A stretch of 64,000 nucleotides of DNA from Chiloscyllium plagiosum (lineage: Eukaryota), in NCBI RefSeq assembly GCF_004010195.1, contig NC_057719.1, positions 91,065,978 through 91,129,977 of the forward strand, written 5' to 3'. The notes under the pieces are model-generated. The model saw nothing but the letters and a program-made list of their open reading frames with translations. It made no database searches and was not told where the DNA came from. Both the position numbers and the translations under genes were made by a program. Within the stretch, counting starts at the first letter, position 1. Each line of letters begins with the position of its first letter. Positions 53,786 to 64,000 of the stretch are shown piece after piece.

Positions 53786-54740
53786 CATGAAAGCTTTTTT
53801 CATGTCCTTGCTTCTCATCTTGAACTTGAGTTACTCTTTAAAGGTCCAACACTTGGCTTAGTTACCCTTTTTCTTGTTTAAACATTTGTAGAAACTCTTG
53901 GTAAGTTTTTACCAAGCTAGCTAGCTTTACCTAGTACTCGATTTCTCCCTTAAGAATGCGGTGAGGAGGAATTTCTTCACTCAGAGTAGTAATCTTTGAA
54001 ATTTTCTATAGCTGAGGAAGCTCATTCATTATGCACGTTCAAGACAGAGATGAATAGATTTCTATATACTAATGCCATTCAAGCAATATGGGGTTTGTCT
54101 GAAATATTGGTGTTGAGGTAAATCATCAGCCATGACCTAAACTGGCAGACAGGCTTAAGGGGTTGAATTGCCTACAAAGTCCACATTTCCAATTTCTTTC
54201 AAACTTTGCTGGTTCTGGAATCTTCAAACCTGCCACTAATCTTCAATAATTGTACAATATTTCTTGCAATTAGGTCCCATCCTTAACTTCTCTACTTAGT
54301 CACAAATGATGCACCCTTCCAAAAAGCCTTTATTTATTTATTCATGGGTATCACTGGCTGGCCAGTGATTATCAATGGGATAATCTTTGCTATGAGTTAA
54401 TATGAGTTATTAAATGTCTCGTTTCAAGTCCATGACTGCATCTCTCCTGTCTCACATTTTAGGAGAAAGTGAGGACTGCAGATACTGGAGATTAGAGTCA
54501 AGAGTATGGTGCTGGAAAAGCACAGCAGGTCAGGCAGCATCCGAGGAGCAGGAGAATGGACATTTCGGGCATAAGCCTTTCATTTGATTTTTGGCTATAG
54601 ATTAATCGCTAACTATAGTGCCTTCAATTATCACAACATTCCTGTCGTGATTGTAACAAGGTCAGCCAGGTAGACCTCATCAGTTCCCTGATTGTGGCTG
54701 TTAATCTGGTCCACTCAGGGAACCCTGGCTGATAGATATA

Positions 54741-55217
54741 AACAAGAGTATCCCCCTCCCTTCACTGTTTGATCACACAGCATTGCCCTTTGATGTGAAG
54801 GGCATTGCTTTGTCACTGGCCACTCGGTTGTTTCCTTTCTTCCTGGTGGTGGAAATTTGAATAAAGATTCGTGACCTTATGTCTTTCACTGTGTCTCACA
54901 CCTGCACACACACACCACGGGTGCAGGGGAAAAAATAAGCACTACTGCAGTTAGGTGGTAGTGTGGGGGTTTTAAAAAAAAGAAAAAAAATTAACAAGAG
55001 TATCCCCCTCCCTTCACTGTTCGATCACACAGCATTGCCCTTTGAAAAGGGCACTGCTTGTCACTGGCCACTCGGGTGTTTCCTTTCTTCCTGGTGGTGG
55101 AATATAAATAAAGATCTACACACTTGTTGTTCTTCACTGTGTCTGACACACACAATGGGGAAAAATAAGCATTACCGCTGTTTGGCAGTAGTGTGGGGAC
55201 AAGAAAAAAGCAACAAG
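54741..55217 (+). repeat. Two tandem copies (252 and 219 bp) of an unclassified A-tailed element inside the 5' LTR
   Basis: Units start at 54741 and 54993 with aacaagagtatccccctcccttcactg. Each has AATAAA, hairpins and an A-rich end. The sequence is absent from the 3' LTR. Confidence 0.85.
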
Positions 55218-55839
55218 AAAAGTGGCAGAGGTTCCATTCACTCAGACCTGGCTCTGAGGAAGTTGGATCAATGTCAAGGACCTTCCATGTGTATAGGGTG
55301 ACAGGATACCAGCCTTTGAGGAGTTATTTCAGTGGTGACGAGAGAAAAGCATGCTCCGAATAGAAATTCACTTGCAACAGTCATCTTTCAACTGGGGTGA
55401 ACATTTCTGGCATTACCTTGTTATTTGGGAAGCTTAACTCATTTAAGCCTGCTGTCAAAGTCAGGGACCAATATGTGTAAAGTCTTTCTTTTTCCCCAGG
55501 CAAATAACATTGAAGCAGATGAAAAGCAATGAATAATTCTCCTGACAGCTTGTGGACCCGCAGCTTTTTTTGGTTATTAGGAGCCTAACTTTTCCTGAGA
55601 CACCAGATACTAACATTTTTCAAGAGTTGACAAATTTGGTTAAGGGAAATTATGACCCCAAGCCTCCTCTAATTTGGAAATGCAATCGGTGTTACTTGGC
55701 AATTTGAAAACCAGGGAAATCTATATCAAGATTTTTGACCAGGTTAAGAAGGCTGGCAGAGGCATATGACTTTGGTTTAGCCCTTGCTGAGAAACCATTT
55801 GGTATGTTGGATTAATGATATAACCATGAAAAATCGCTT

Positions 55840-56205
55840 TGGTGCAACACGATGGCTCGGTGGTTACCACTGCTGCCTCACAGTGCCAGGGACCAGAGTA
55901 CGATTCCAGCCTTGGACAACTGTCTCTGTGGAGTTTACACATTCTCCCCACGTCTGTGTGGGTTTCCTCTGACAATTCAAAAGGATGCACAGGTCAGGTG
56001 AATTGGTTATCCTAAATTGCCCATAGTGTTCAGGGAAGTTGAGTTTAGGAACATGAATCGGGGCAAATATAGGGTAATAGTTTTGAGGAATAAGGAATCT
56101 AATCTAATCTAATCAAATGGGTCTAGGTGGGTTACTCTTTGGAGAGATAGTGTGAACTTGTTGGGCCAAAAGAGCCTGTTTTCACACTGTAGGGATTCTA
56201 TGATT
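55840..56205 (+). mobile_element. HE1-type V-SINE inserted in gypsy gag
   Basis: tRNA-like head (tggctcggtggttaccactgctgcctcacagtgccaggga...cgattcc), V-domain and gattctatgattcta tail. Confidence 0.85.
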
Positions 56206-56914
56206 CTACTAGCTGAAGCCCAGCTGGATTTCAAACAAGCACTACAACTAGCTTTATCATTGGAAAATAAGGCAAGTATTCTGAGTTGCAGGATATTCTG
56301 ATGGGAGTGGACACCCTCACCAGTCCGAATTAGCTTGTAGAATACCACTTTAGTAAAGACAATTGCATAGCCTTTACTACCTTTCAGGACATATCCTGAA
56401 CTAAGGGGCTCTGGGTCAGTCCACAAAACCAAGACCAAGCTTCAGCCATTGTACTTGCTGCAGGTATGTAGACTTGAATCAGCAAAACATTCCCACCAAA
56501 CCTAAAGTAAGAGTACTCATAAGCCAGTATCCATAAGAGTGCACAACCTAGAAAGTCCACCTACACCTAGTTTGGAACAGTTAAATTGCTTAGCAACATC
56601 TAAATCAGAACCAAATTAAACATCTAGTGAAATGATCACTCGGTTCTCATGGCAGTCGATACTGACACAGCCATTTCAGTGAACGCAGAATCAGACTTTA
56701 ACAAAATTCGCTCTGGTCTCCAACTCTTAAGTTTGCACAAGACCGGCTAGACTGAAAATCAACACCAGGGAACCTTAAAAGATTAAGGGTTCAACTAAAT
56801 TTCTGGTCTTGTATAAGAAGCAGCTGGTTTAGTTACCACTGATTGGAGCAAAATGCTCAGGCCCAAGCTTGACGGGGTGAAATCTGTTGACAAAGATTCA
56901 CTTAGTCAGGTTCA

Positions 56915-58150
56915 ATCTATCAAAGAGAGGAAAAGTTGATTGGGGATAGTCAACACGGTTTTGTGAAGGGTATGTCGTGCCTCACAAACATTATTGAGTT
57001 CTTTGAGAAGGTGACCAAACAGGTGGATGAGGGTAAATCAGTTGATGTGGTGTATATGGATTTCAGTAAAGTGTTTGATAAGGTTCCCCACAGTAGGCTA
57101 TTGCACAAAATACGGAGGCATGGGATTGAGGGTGATTTAGTGGTTTGGATCAGAAATTGGCTAGCTGAAAGAAGACAGAAGGTGGTGGTTGATGGGAAAT
57201 GTTCATTCTGGAGTTTAGTTACTAGTGGTGTACCACAAAGATCTGATTTGGGACCCCTGCTATTTGTCATTTTTATAAATGACCTGGATGAGGGCATAGA
57301 AGGATGGGTTAGTAAATGTGCGCATGACACTAAGGTCGGTGGAGTGTGGATAGCACAGAAGATGTTGCAGGTTACAGAGGGACATAGATAAGCTGCAGAG
57401 CTGGGCTGAGAGGTGGTAAATGGAGTTTAATGTGGAAACGTGTGAGGTGATTCACTTTGGAAGGTGCAACAGGAATAAAGAGTACTGGGCTAATGATAAG
57501 ATATTTGGTAGTATTGATGAACAGAGAGATCTCTGTGTCCATGTACTTAAATCCCTGAAAGTTGCCACCCAGGTTGATAGGGTTGTTAAGGTGGCATACA
57601 GTGTATTAGCTTTTATTGGTAGAAGGATTGAGTTTCGGAGCCACGAGGTCATGCAGCAGCTGTCCAAAACTCTGGCACGGCCGCACTTGGAGTATTGCGT
57701 ACAGTTCTGGTCACCCCATTATAGGAAGGATGTGGAAGCTTTCTGAAGGGTTCAGAGGAGATTTACTAGAATGTTGCCTGGTATGTAGAGAAGGTCTTAT
57801 GAGAAAAGGCTGAGGGACTTGAGGCTGTTTTTGTTAGAAAGAAGGAGATTGAGAGGTAATTGAGACATAAGATAATCAGAGGGTAAGGTACGGTGGACAG
57901 TGAGAGTCATTTCCCTCGGATGAGACATGGCTTTAAATTGAGAGGTGAAAGATTTAGGACAGACGTCAGAGGTAGGTTTTTTACTCAGAGAGTAGTAGGG
58001 GTGTTGAACACACTGCCTGCAACAGTAGCAGATGTGTCAACCTTAAGGGTATTTAAATGGATGAAAATGGAAGAGTGGAGGATAATGTTGCACCGACCAG
58101 TGGAACCTAAGGGCCAAAGGGCCTGTACTGCACTGCAATGTTCTATTCTA
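56915..58150 (+). mobile_element. CR1 3' fragment occupying the place of the gypsy RT
   Basis: [19 protein letters not shown]...[14 protein letters not shown]...LARPHLEYCVQFWSP, ending in atgttctattcta. Confidence 0.92.
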
Positions 58151-60574
58151 AAAAAGCCAAGGCCAGCTTGCATGTTGGCCAAGAACCAATTCCAAGATTC
58201 TGTATCTGTCCTGAAAGAGGATAAGGCCATCGCTTCAGGCCCAATTCAACAGTGGGCTCTAACACTAAGTGCTTATAATTACAAGTTGGAACGCCGTCCG
58301 GTACACCAAGTAGCAAATGCGGATTCATTGAGCCACCTCCCACTGGCAAATACACTGCCGATGGAAGAGTCTGTAACAGTTTTAAATTTCTGGACACACT
58401 TGCAGTTACAGCTGACAATATCAGACCTTGGATGCAGAAAGATCTGGTCCTGGCAAAACTGAAACATCGGGTGATGAGGGGGAGAGGGGGAAAAGGCAAA
58501 AGGTCATCACAAGCAGAATTTAAAATCTTTTTGGACTGGCGAGACCAAATCACAGAAGACCACATTTGATTAAGGAAAGATTGCTGCCATACACTGCCTG
58601 AGGTCCACCAGGGTCATCCAGAGGTTTCCAAAATGAGAAGCTATGTCTGGTGGCTAGGATTAGATGCAGATACAGTCGCATTGGTCAGGCAGTGCCCAGA
58701 GTGCTAATAAGGACAAAAATCTACTACTAGCAGCACCCCACATGCTTGGGAATGATAGGGTAAACACTGGACTCGGTTACACATCGAATATGCAAGTTGT
58801 TTCATAGCATCAGTGTTCTTCATTGTGGACGCCCACTGAAAGTGGCTGGATGAACAGAAAGTGCATTTGTCAAATACGGGGACAACAATAGAAAAACTGC
58901 GTGCATCATGGACTCTTGGAAGTGTTGGTCACAGATGATGGGCCATTGTTTACCAGCAGGGATTTTGAGTATTTCCTAAAGACAAATGGGATTCATCATA
59001 TAAGGACAGCTTCCTACCATCCATCATCCAATTGTCTGAGAAAGAGCAGTCCAAGCTTTGAATACAGGCTTAAAGAGGCAGCCAACAGCCTGGTGAGATA
59101 CCAAACTGTCCGAGTTCTTTAATTATAGGAACACACCTCATGCAACTACAGAGATAGCTACAGCAGAGTTGCTAATGGGGAGAAGATTAAGTGAAAATTT
59201 GATTTTTCCAAACCGTGGGGAGGGCCTAGAAACCAATGCCGGGTACAATTCTCTGCTACACAACATAGACAGTTTACTTCAGGGGCTAAAAGTCTGGTGC
59301 GGGAACCACAAGAATGGCCCTGCATGGGTAAGAGACATAGTCAACACGAGGTCAAGTACAGTGATGTATAATGTTCGGTTCGGTGCGAATGTCCTGTACA
59401 AACATGTGGAGCACGTGAAAGCTGCAAACTCACAAACAGTGCAGAAGCAGAGTGCCCAGATCCTCGACTGCCTTTCCAACTGTTCCAGAACCAGTGGATT
59501 CTCCCTCTCCACCAGAGTCTGAGATAGACAATGTAGACATTGCCACCTGAAAAGGAGAACGAATTTCGTCCAAAATGCTCCTGGTGCAACAGGCGAACTA
59601 CTGTGAGTTACATGCCGCCTGAATCAGGGGTAGAGTTGGAAGAACCTGATCTAAAGCGCCCCAGGAGGAGCTACCAAAACAAAAAGGCCCATATCATCAG
59701 ACTCAAAGTGGGTGGGATGTAGTGAATGTAATGAGGTCAGCCAGGTGGACATCACAAAATGAATTTCCTGACTGGGGCTGTTAATCTGGTCTAATCCAGG
59801 ACCCCGAGCTAATAGATATAAACAGGTGTGTCAGAGTTTCTGTTCACTGAGAGCTAGCTCTGAAGAAGCTCGATTAGTGCCAAGGACTTCCCACGTGTAA
59901 ATAAAGAATGATTTGGTGATGGGATACCAGCCTCTGTGGTATTTCAATTCCTATTTACTTACTCTGCCTGCTTGAATGGCTTCCTGTGCCACTGCTTCAT
60001 CGTCAGTTTATTCAATCACCTTGCAGCACCTGAAAAAAAACCTAGATTCTGTTGGCCAACTGCAGTCAAGGCAATTAGATAGAACCCATAGATTTCTCGA
60101 AGTGTTTTTTTTAGACAAGTGTCAACATGACATGGAATAATAAAAGAACCCAGCCACATTCATGCCCATCACAGCCCGGACAAGATTTTCCTATGGTGCT
60201 TTGTGTTTCAATACAAGTTTCATCTCTCTTTTGGATAGCATAATTAAGGTAAGGGAGAGCAGGGTCAAAGCGTAATTGGTCTATAATCAATTGAGGTTGT
60301 TACATCTGAAGAAAGGAGCATCAAACTGGTGGTGACCACAATATTTTGCTCATTTCTGATAACCAAGGAACAAGAGCGTACATAATAATACTACATTAAC
60401 ATTTTATAGGTTGGATTACTTCAAATTATGTCACCTGAATTCTACAGTGACAAAGTCATCCAAGTACCACAATTCTGTTCCACTTTTGAATAAATTGCTT
60501 TTCAAATATTAATCTGCTATTTTGTAAGAATCACTTCACTATGTAACTGAAACATCATTTGTGTATGGGAATTA

Positions 60575-62835
60575 AAGAGATAGACGAGGCTTTCAGAAGT
60601 CATGAATTAAATCAGGAAAAAACAATGAGAATGACGGGAACGAGGGTAGGTCCGATCAAGGACAGTAGTGGGAGACTGTGTATTGAGTCGGAAGAGATAG
60701 GAGAGGTCTTGAATGAGTACTTTTCTTCAGTATTTACGAATGAGAGGAACCGTATTGTTGAAGAGGAGAGTGTGAAACGGACTGGTAAGCTAGAGGAGAT
60801 ACATGTTAGGAAGGAAGATGTGTTGGACATTTTTAAAACTTGAGGACAGACAAGTCCCCCGGGCCTGACGGGATATACCCTAGGATTATGTGGGAAGCAA
60901 GAGAGGAAATTGCAGTACTATTGGCAATGATCTTTTCATCTTCACTGTCAACGGGGGTGGTACCAGGGGACTGGAGAGTGGCGAATGTTGTGCCTCTGTT
61001 CAAAAAAGGGAATAGGGATAACCACGGGAATTACAGGTCAGTTAGTCTTAATTCGGTGGTAGGCAAAGTAATGGAAAGGGTACTGAGGGATAGGATTTAT
61101 GAGTATCTGGAAAGGCACTGCTTGATTAGGGGCAGCCAGCACGGATTTGTGAAGGGTAGGTCTTGCCTTACAAGTCTGATTGAATTCTTTGAGGAGGTGA
61201 CCAAGCATGTGGATGAGTCTATTTCTAAAGTGGGCTTACAGAAACTTACAGATTTTGAGCAAAATAAAATGTAATTCTGCAAATATAAAATCACCCCATA
61301 AACTTATATGTGTGCGCATGCAGGAGAAACAGAGTGGGTGTGTATATGTGAGTCTGTGCGTGTGGGTGTGAGTGCATGTGAAAGTGTATGTGTGTGTACA
61401 TGTGTGCAAGCTTGGTCAAGTATGTGTATGAATGTGATGCGATATAAGCCTTGTGAGAGGGTGCATGTGTGGGCATGAGTGCAGGGGGTGCCTGTGTGTG
61501 CGTATGAGAGAAAGTCTGCATGAGTACGCAAGTATTTGGGTGTGTGAGTGGGAAAGAGAGTGTATAGTGCAACAGGGTCACCTGTACTGTGACATGAACA
61601 CAAGTTCCTGGTTGAAGCTGCCCCAGAGGTATCCAACCTGGCTAGCAGACTCTGCTCGCCCGTTTGCGTTGTTGCCTGTCCCAAAATCCACCTTGGAGGA
61701 TGGTCACCCAAAGGTCTGAGGCCAAATGTCCCGGACTGCTGAAGTGTTCCCCGACTGGGAGGGAACAGTTTGTCTGGTGATCGTTGTGCAGTGTCCATTC
61801 ATCCGCTGTTGTAGCATCTGTTTGGTCTCGCCTCAGGTCATCCTTGCCTGCTGTGTAAGAGATAGACAACGTTGGCCAAGTCACATGAGTACCTGCCGCG
61901 TGTCCCCACGTATAATTATGGTATCTGTTCGATATTCTGACACGTCTTGCAGCAGCTGCCGTGACGGGTTGTACAGTGTTGTGGTCGATGTTGTCCTGAA
62001 GGCTGGGCAGCTTGCTGCGAACAATGATCTGTTTGATGTTTGGTGATTGTTTAAAGGCGAGAAGTGGAGACGTAGGAAAGGTCTTGGCAAGGTGCTCACC
62101 CTCATCAATAATGTGTTACAGGCCACGAAGAGCATGGAGCAGTCTTTCAGCTCCCAGGAAGTACTGGACAATGAACGGTACCCTATCAGTTGCAGCCTGT
62201 GTCTGTCTCCTAAGGAGGTCATTACGGTTTCTCGCTATGGCATGTTGGAACTGGCGGTTGATGAATTAAGCATCACACCCTGTTCTTATGAGGGCATGCT
62301 TGAGCACTTTCAGCTGTCCGTCATGTTCCTCCTCATCCGAACAGATCCTGTGTATATTTAGGGCATATCCCCATAGAGAATAATAACTCTTAAAAAGGGA
62401 TGTGAATTCCCCAGTGACCAAGGGAAGAGTTTGCACAACCAAATTTTGGGTTTTAAGAATTCTGCTTTAATAAACATATTAAAAACAACTAATACAGTCA
62501 ACTAATATACCAAACTATACAAAAGGTTATTCTCCATTCATTGATCAATACAACTAAAAATACTCGATAATTAGAGTGTTACAAGGGGACATAAATTTAC
62601 GGTGAAGGGTGGAAGGTATAGGGGAGATGTCAGGGGTGGGTTCTTTACCCAGAGAGTGGTGGGGGCATGGAATGCGCTGCCTGTGGGAGTGGAATAGTCA
62701 GAATCTTTGGTGACCTTTAAGCGGCAATTGGATAGGTACATGGATAGGTGCTTAAGCTAGGACAAATGTTCGGCACAACATCGTGGGCTGAAGGGCCTGT
62801 TCTGTGCTGTATTATTCTATGTTCTATGTTCTAAT
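60575..62835 (+). mobile_element. CR1 LINE pieces (60575-61220 and 3' end 62570-62835)
   Basis: DKSPGPDGIYPR...DWRVANVVPLFKKG...QHGFVKGRSCLT; tail tattctatgttctatgttcta. Confidence 0.88.
61222..62360 (-). mobile_element. Penelope-like 3' fragment with (TG)n-rich spacer
   Basis: Reverse complement of the family at 41400-42430 (PVGEHFSSPGHLASDLWVTILQGG). Confidence 0.85.
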
Positions 62836-63014
62836 TTATATGAACCATTGCATTAAACTTTTACATTATTATCTGAACCACTGGTGAGATTGCCCTAGGT
62901 GACAACTGTTGGTTACATATCCAGCACAACCTGTCCACGATCAAAAACAGTAAAGCTCTAACAAATAGCATTGTTTACTCACACAGAAAAGCTAGATAGG
63001 AGCAAATTATTGCA

Positions 63015-63990
63015 GATAGAGTCAGAGTCACAGAGATGTACAGCACGGAAACAGCCCTTTGGTCCAACCTGTCCATGCCGACCAGATATCCCAACCTAAT
63101 CTAGTCCCACCTGCCAGCACCCAGCCCACATCCTTCCAAACCCTTCCTATTCATATACCCATCCAAATGTCTTTTAAATGTTGCAATTGTACCAGCCTCC
63201 ACCACATCCTCTGGCAGCTCATTCCATACACGTACCACCCTCTGTGTGAAAAAGTTGCCCCTTTGGTCTCTTTTATATCTTTCCCCTCTCACACTAAACC
63301 CTCTAGTGCTGGACTGCCCGACCCCAGGGAAAAGACCTTGTCTATTTATCCTATCCATGTCCCTCATAATTTTGTAAACATCTATAAGGTCACCCCTCAG
63401 CCTCCGACACTCCATGGAAAACAGCCCCAGCCTGTTCAGCCTCTCCCTATAGCTCAAATCCTCCTACCCTGGCAACATCCTTGTAAATCTTTTCTGAACC
63501 TTTTCAAGTTTCACAACATCCTTCCGATAGGAAGGATACCAGAATTGCACGCAATATTCCAACAGTGGCCTAACCAATGTCCTACAGCTGCAACATGACC
63601 TCCCAACAGCTGCAACATGACCTCCCAACTCCTGCACTCAAGACCAAAAAAGGGAAGCATACAAAACGCCTTCTTCACTATCCTATTTACCTGTGACTCC
63701 ACTTTCAAGGAGCTATGAACCTGCACTCCAAGGTCTCTTTTCAGGAACACTCCTTAGGACCTTACCATTAAGTGTATAAGTCCTGCTAAGATTTGCTTTC
63801 ACAAAATGCAGCACCTCGCATTTATCTGAATTAAATTCCATCTGCCACTTCTCTGCCCATTGGCCCATCTGGTCAAGATCTTGTTGTAGTCTGAGGTAAC
63901 ACTCTTCGCTGTCCACTACACCTCCAATTTTGGTGTCATCTGCAAACTTACGAACTGTACCTCTTGTGCTCACATCCAAATTATTTACAC
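63015..63990 (-). mobile_element. CR1 LINE 3' ~1 kb
   Basis: KFADDTKIGG...WAEKWQMEFN, RRLRGDLIDVYKI...FFTQRVVRVWN. Confidence 0.92.
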
Positions 63991-64000
63991 AAAAGACAAA

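Larger units (their letters stand above)
54643..59946 (+). mobile_element. Mag-like Ty3/gypsy LTR retrotransposon relic with both LTRs and perfect 5-bp TSD
   Basis: 5' LTR 54643-55331 (interrupted) and 3' LTR 59718-59946, both TG...CA. TSD ATTCC at 54638-54642 and 59947-59951; PBS-like TGGTGACGAG at 55333; PPT before 59718. Protease MAVDTD ~56650, RNase H end QQWALTLSAYNY, integrase LVTDDGPLFTS. Confidence 0.9.

Noticed and set aside
55840..55915. tRNA-like sequence (also ~7255-7340 and ~8010-8057)
   Set aside because: These are SINE heads that continue directly into SINE bodies, with no intact cloverleaf.

Overview
This is repeat-dense vertebrate genomic DNA, almost certainly from a shark (inferred from HE1-type V-SINEs, DeuSINE-like repeats, and CR1 and Neptune/Penelope elements). 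The only host gene is the 3' part of TTBK2 (tau-tubulin kinase 2) on the minus strand. It comprises a 1,439-nt penultimate coding exon (30721-29283) carrying both SxIP motifs and the Pro-rich CEP164-binding motif, an 11.45-kb last intron, the last coding exon (17831-17354) and a probable TE-free 3' UTR of about 3.4 kb. The kinase exons lie beyond the right edge. The rest is mostly decayed mobile DNA: three Ty3/gypsy relics (one with the Gmr1-like PR-IN-RT-RH order and a SCAN-like gag, one Mag-like with an intact 5-bp TSD), many CR1 fragments, and many Penelope-like fragments and mini-elements. The most interesting signals are: (1) minimal hammerhead ribozymes in fold-back Penelope mini-insertions with 9-15 bp TSDs; (2) a 172-bp copy of TTBK2 exon sequence fused to the 5' end of an intronic CR1; (3) a candidate in-frame 120-nt TTBK2 cassette exon; and (4) an unclassified structured poly(A) element present in tandem inside an LTR. 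I see no evidence of a wholly new protein-coding system. All alignments were done by eye.
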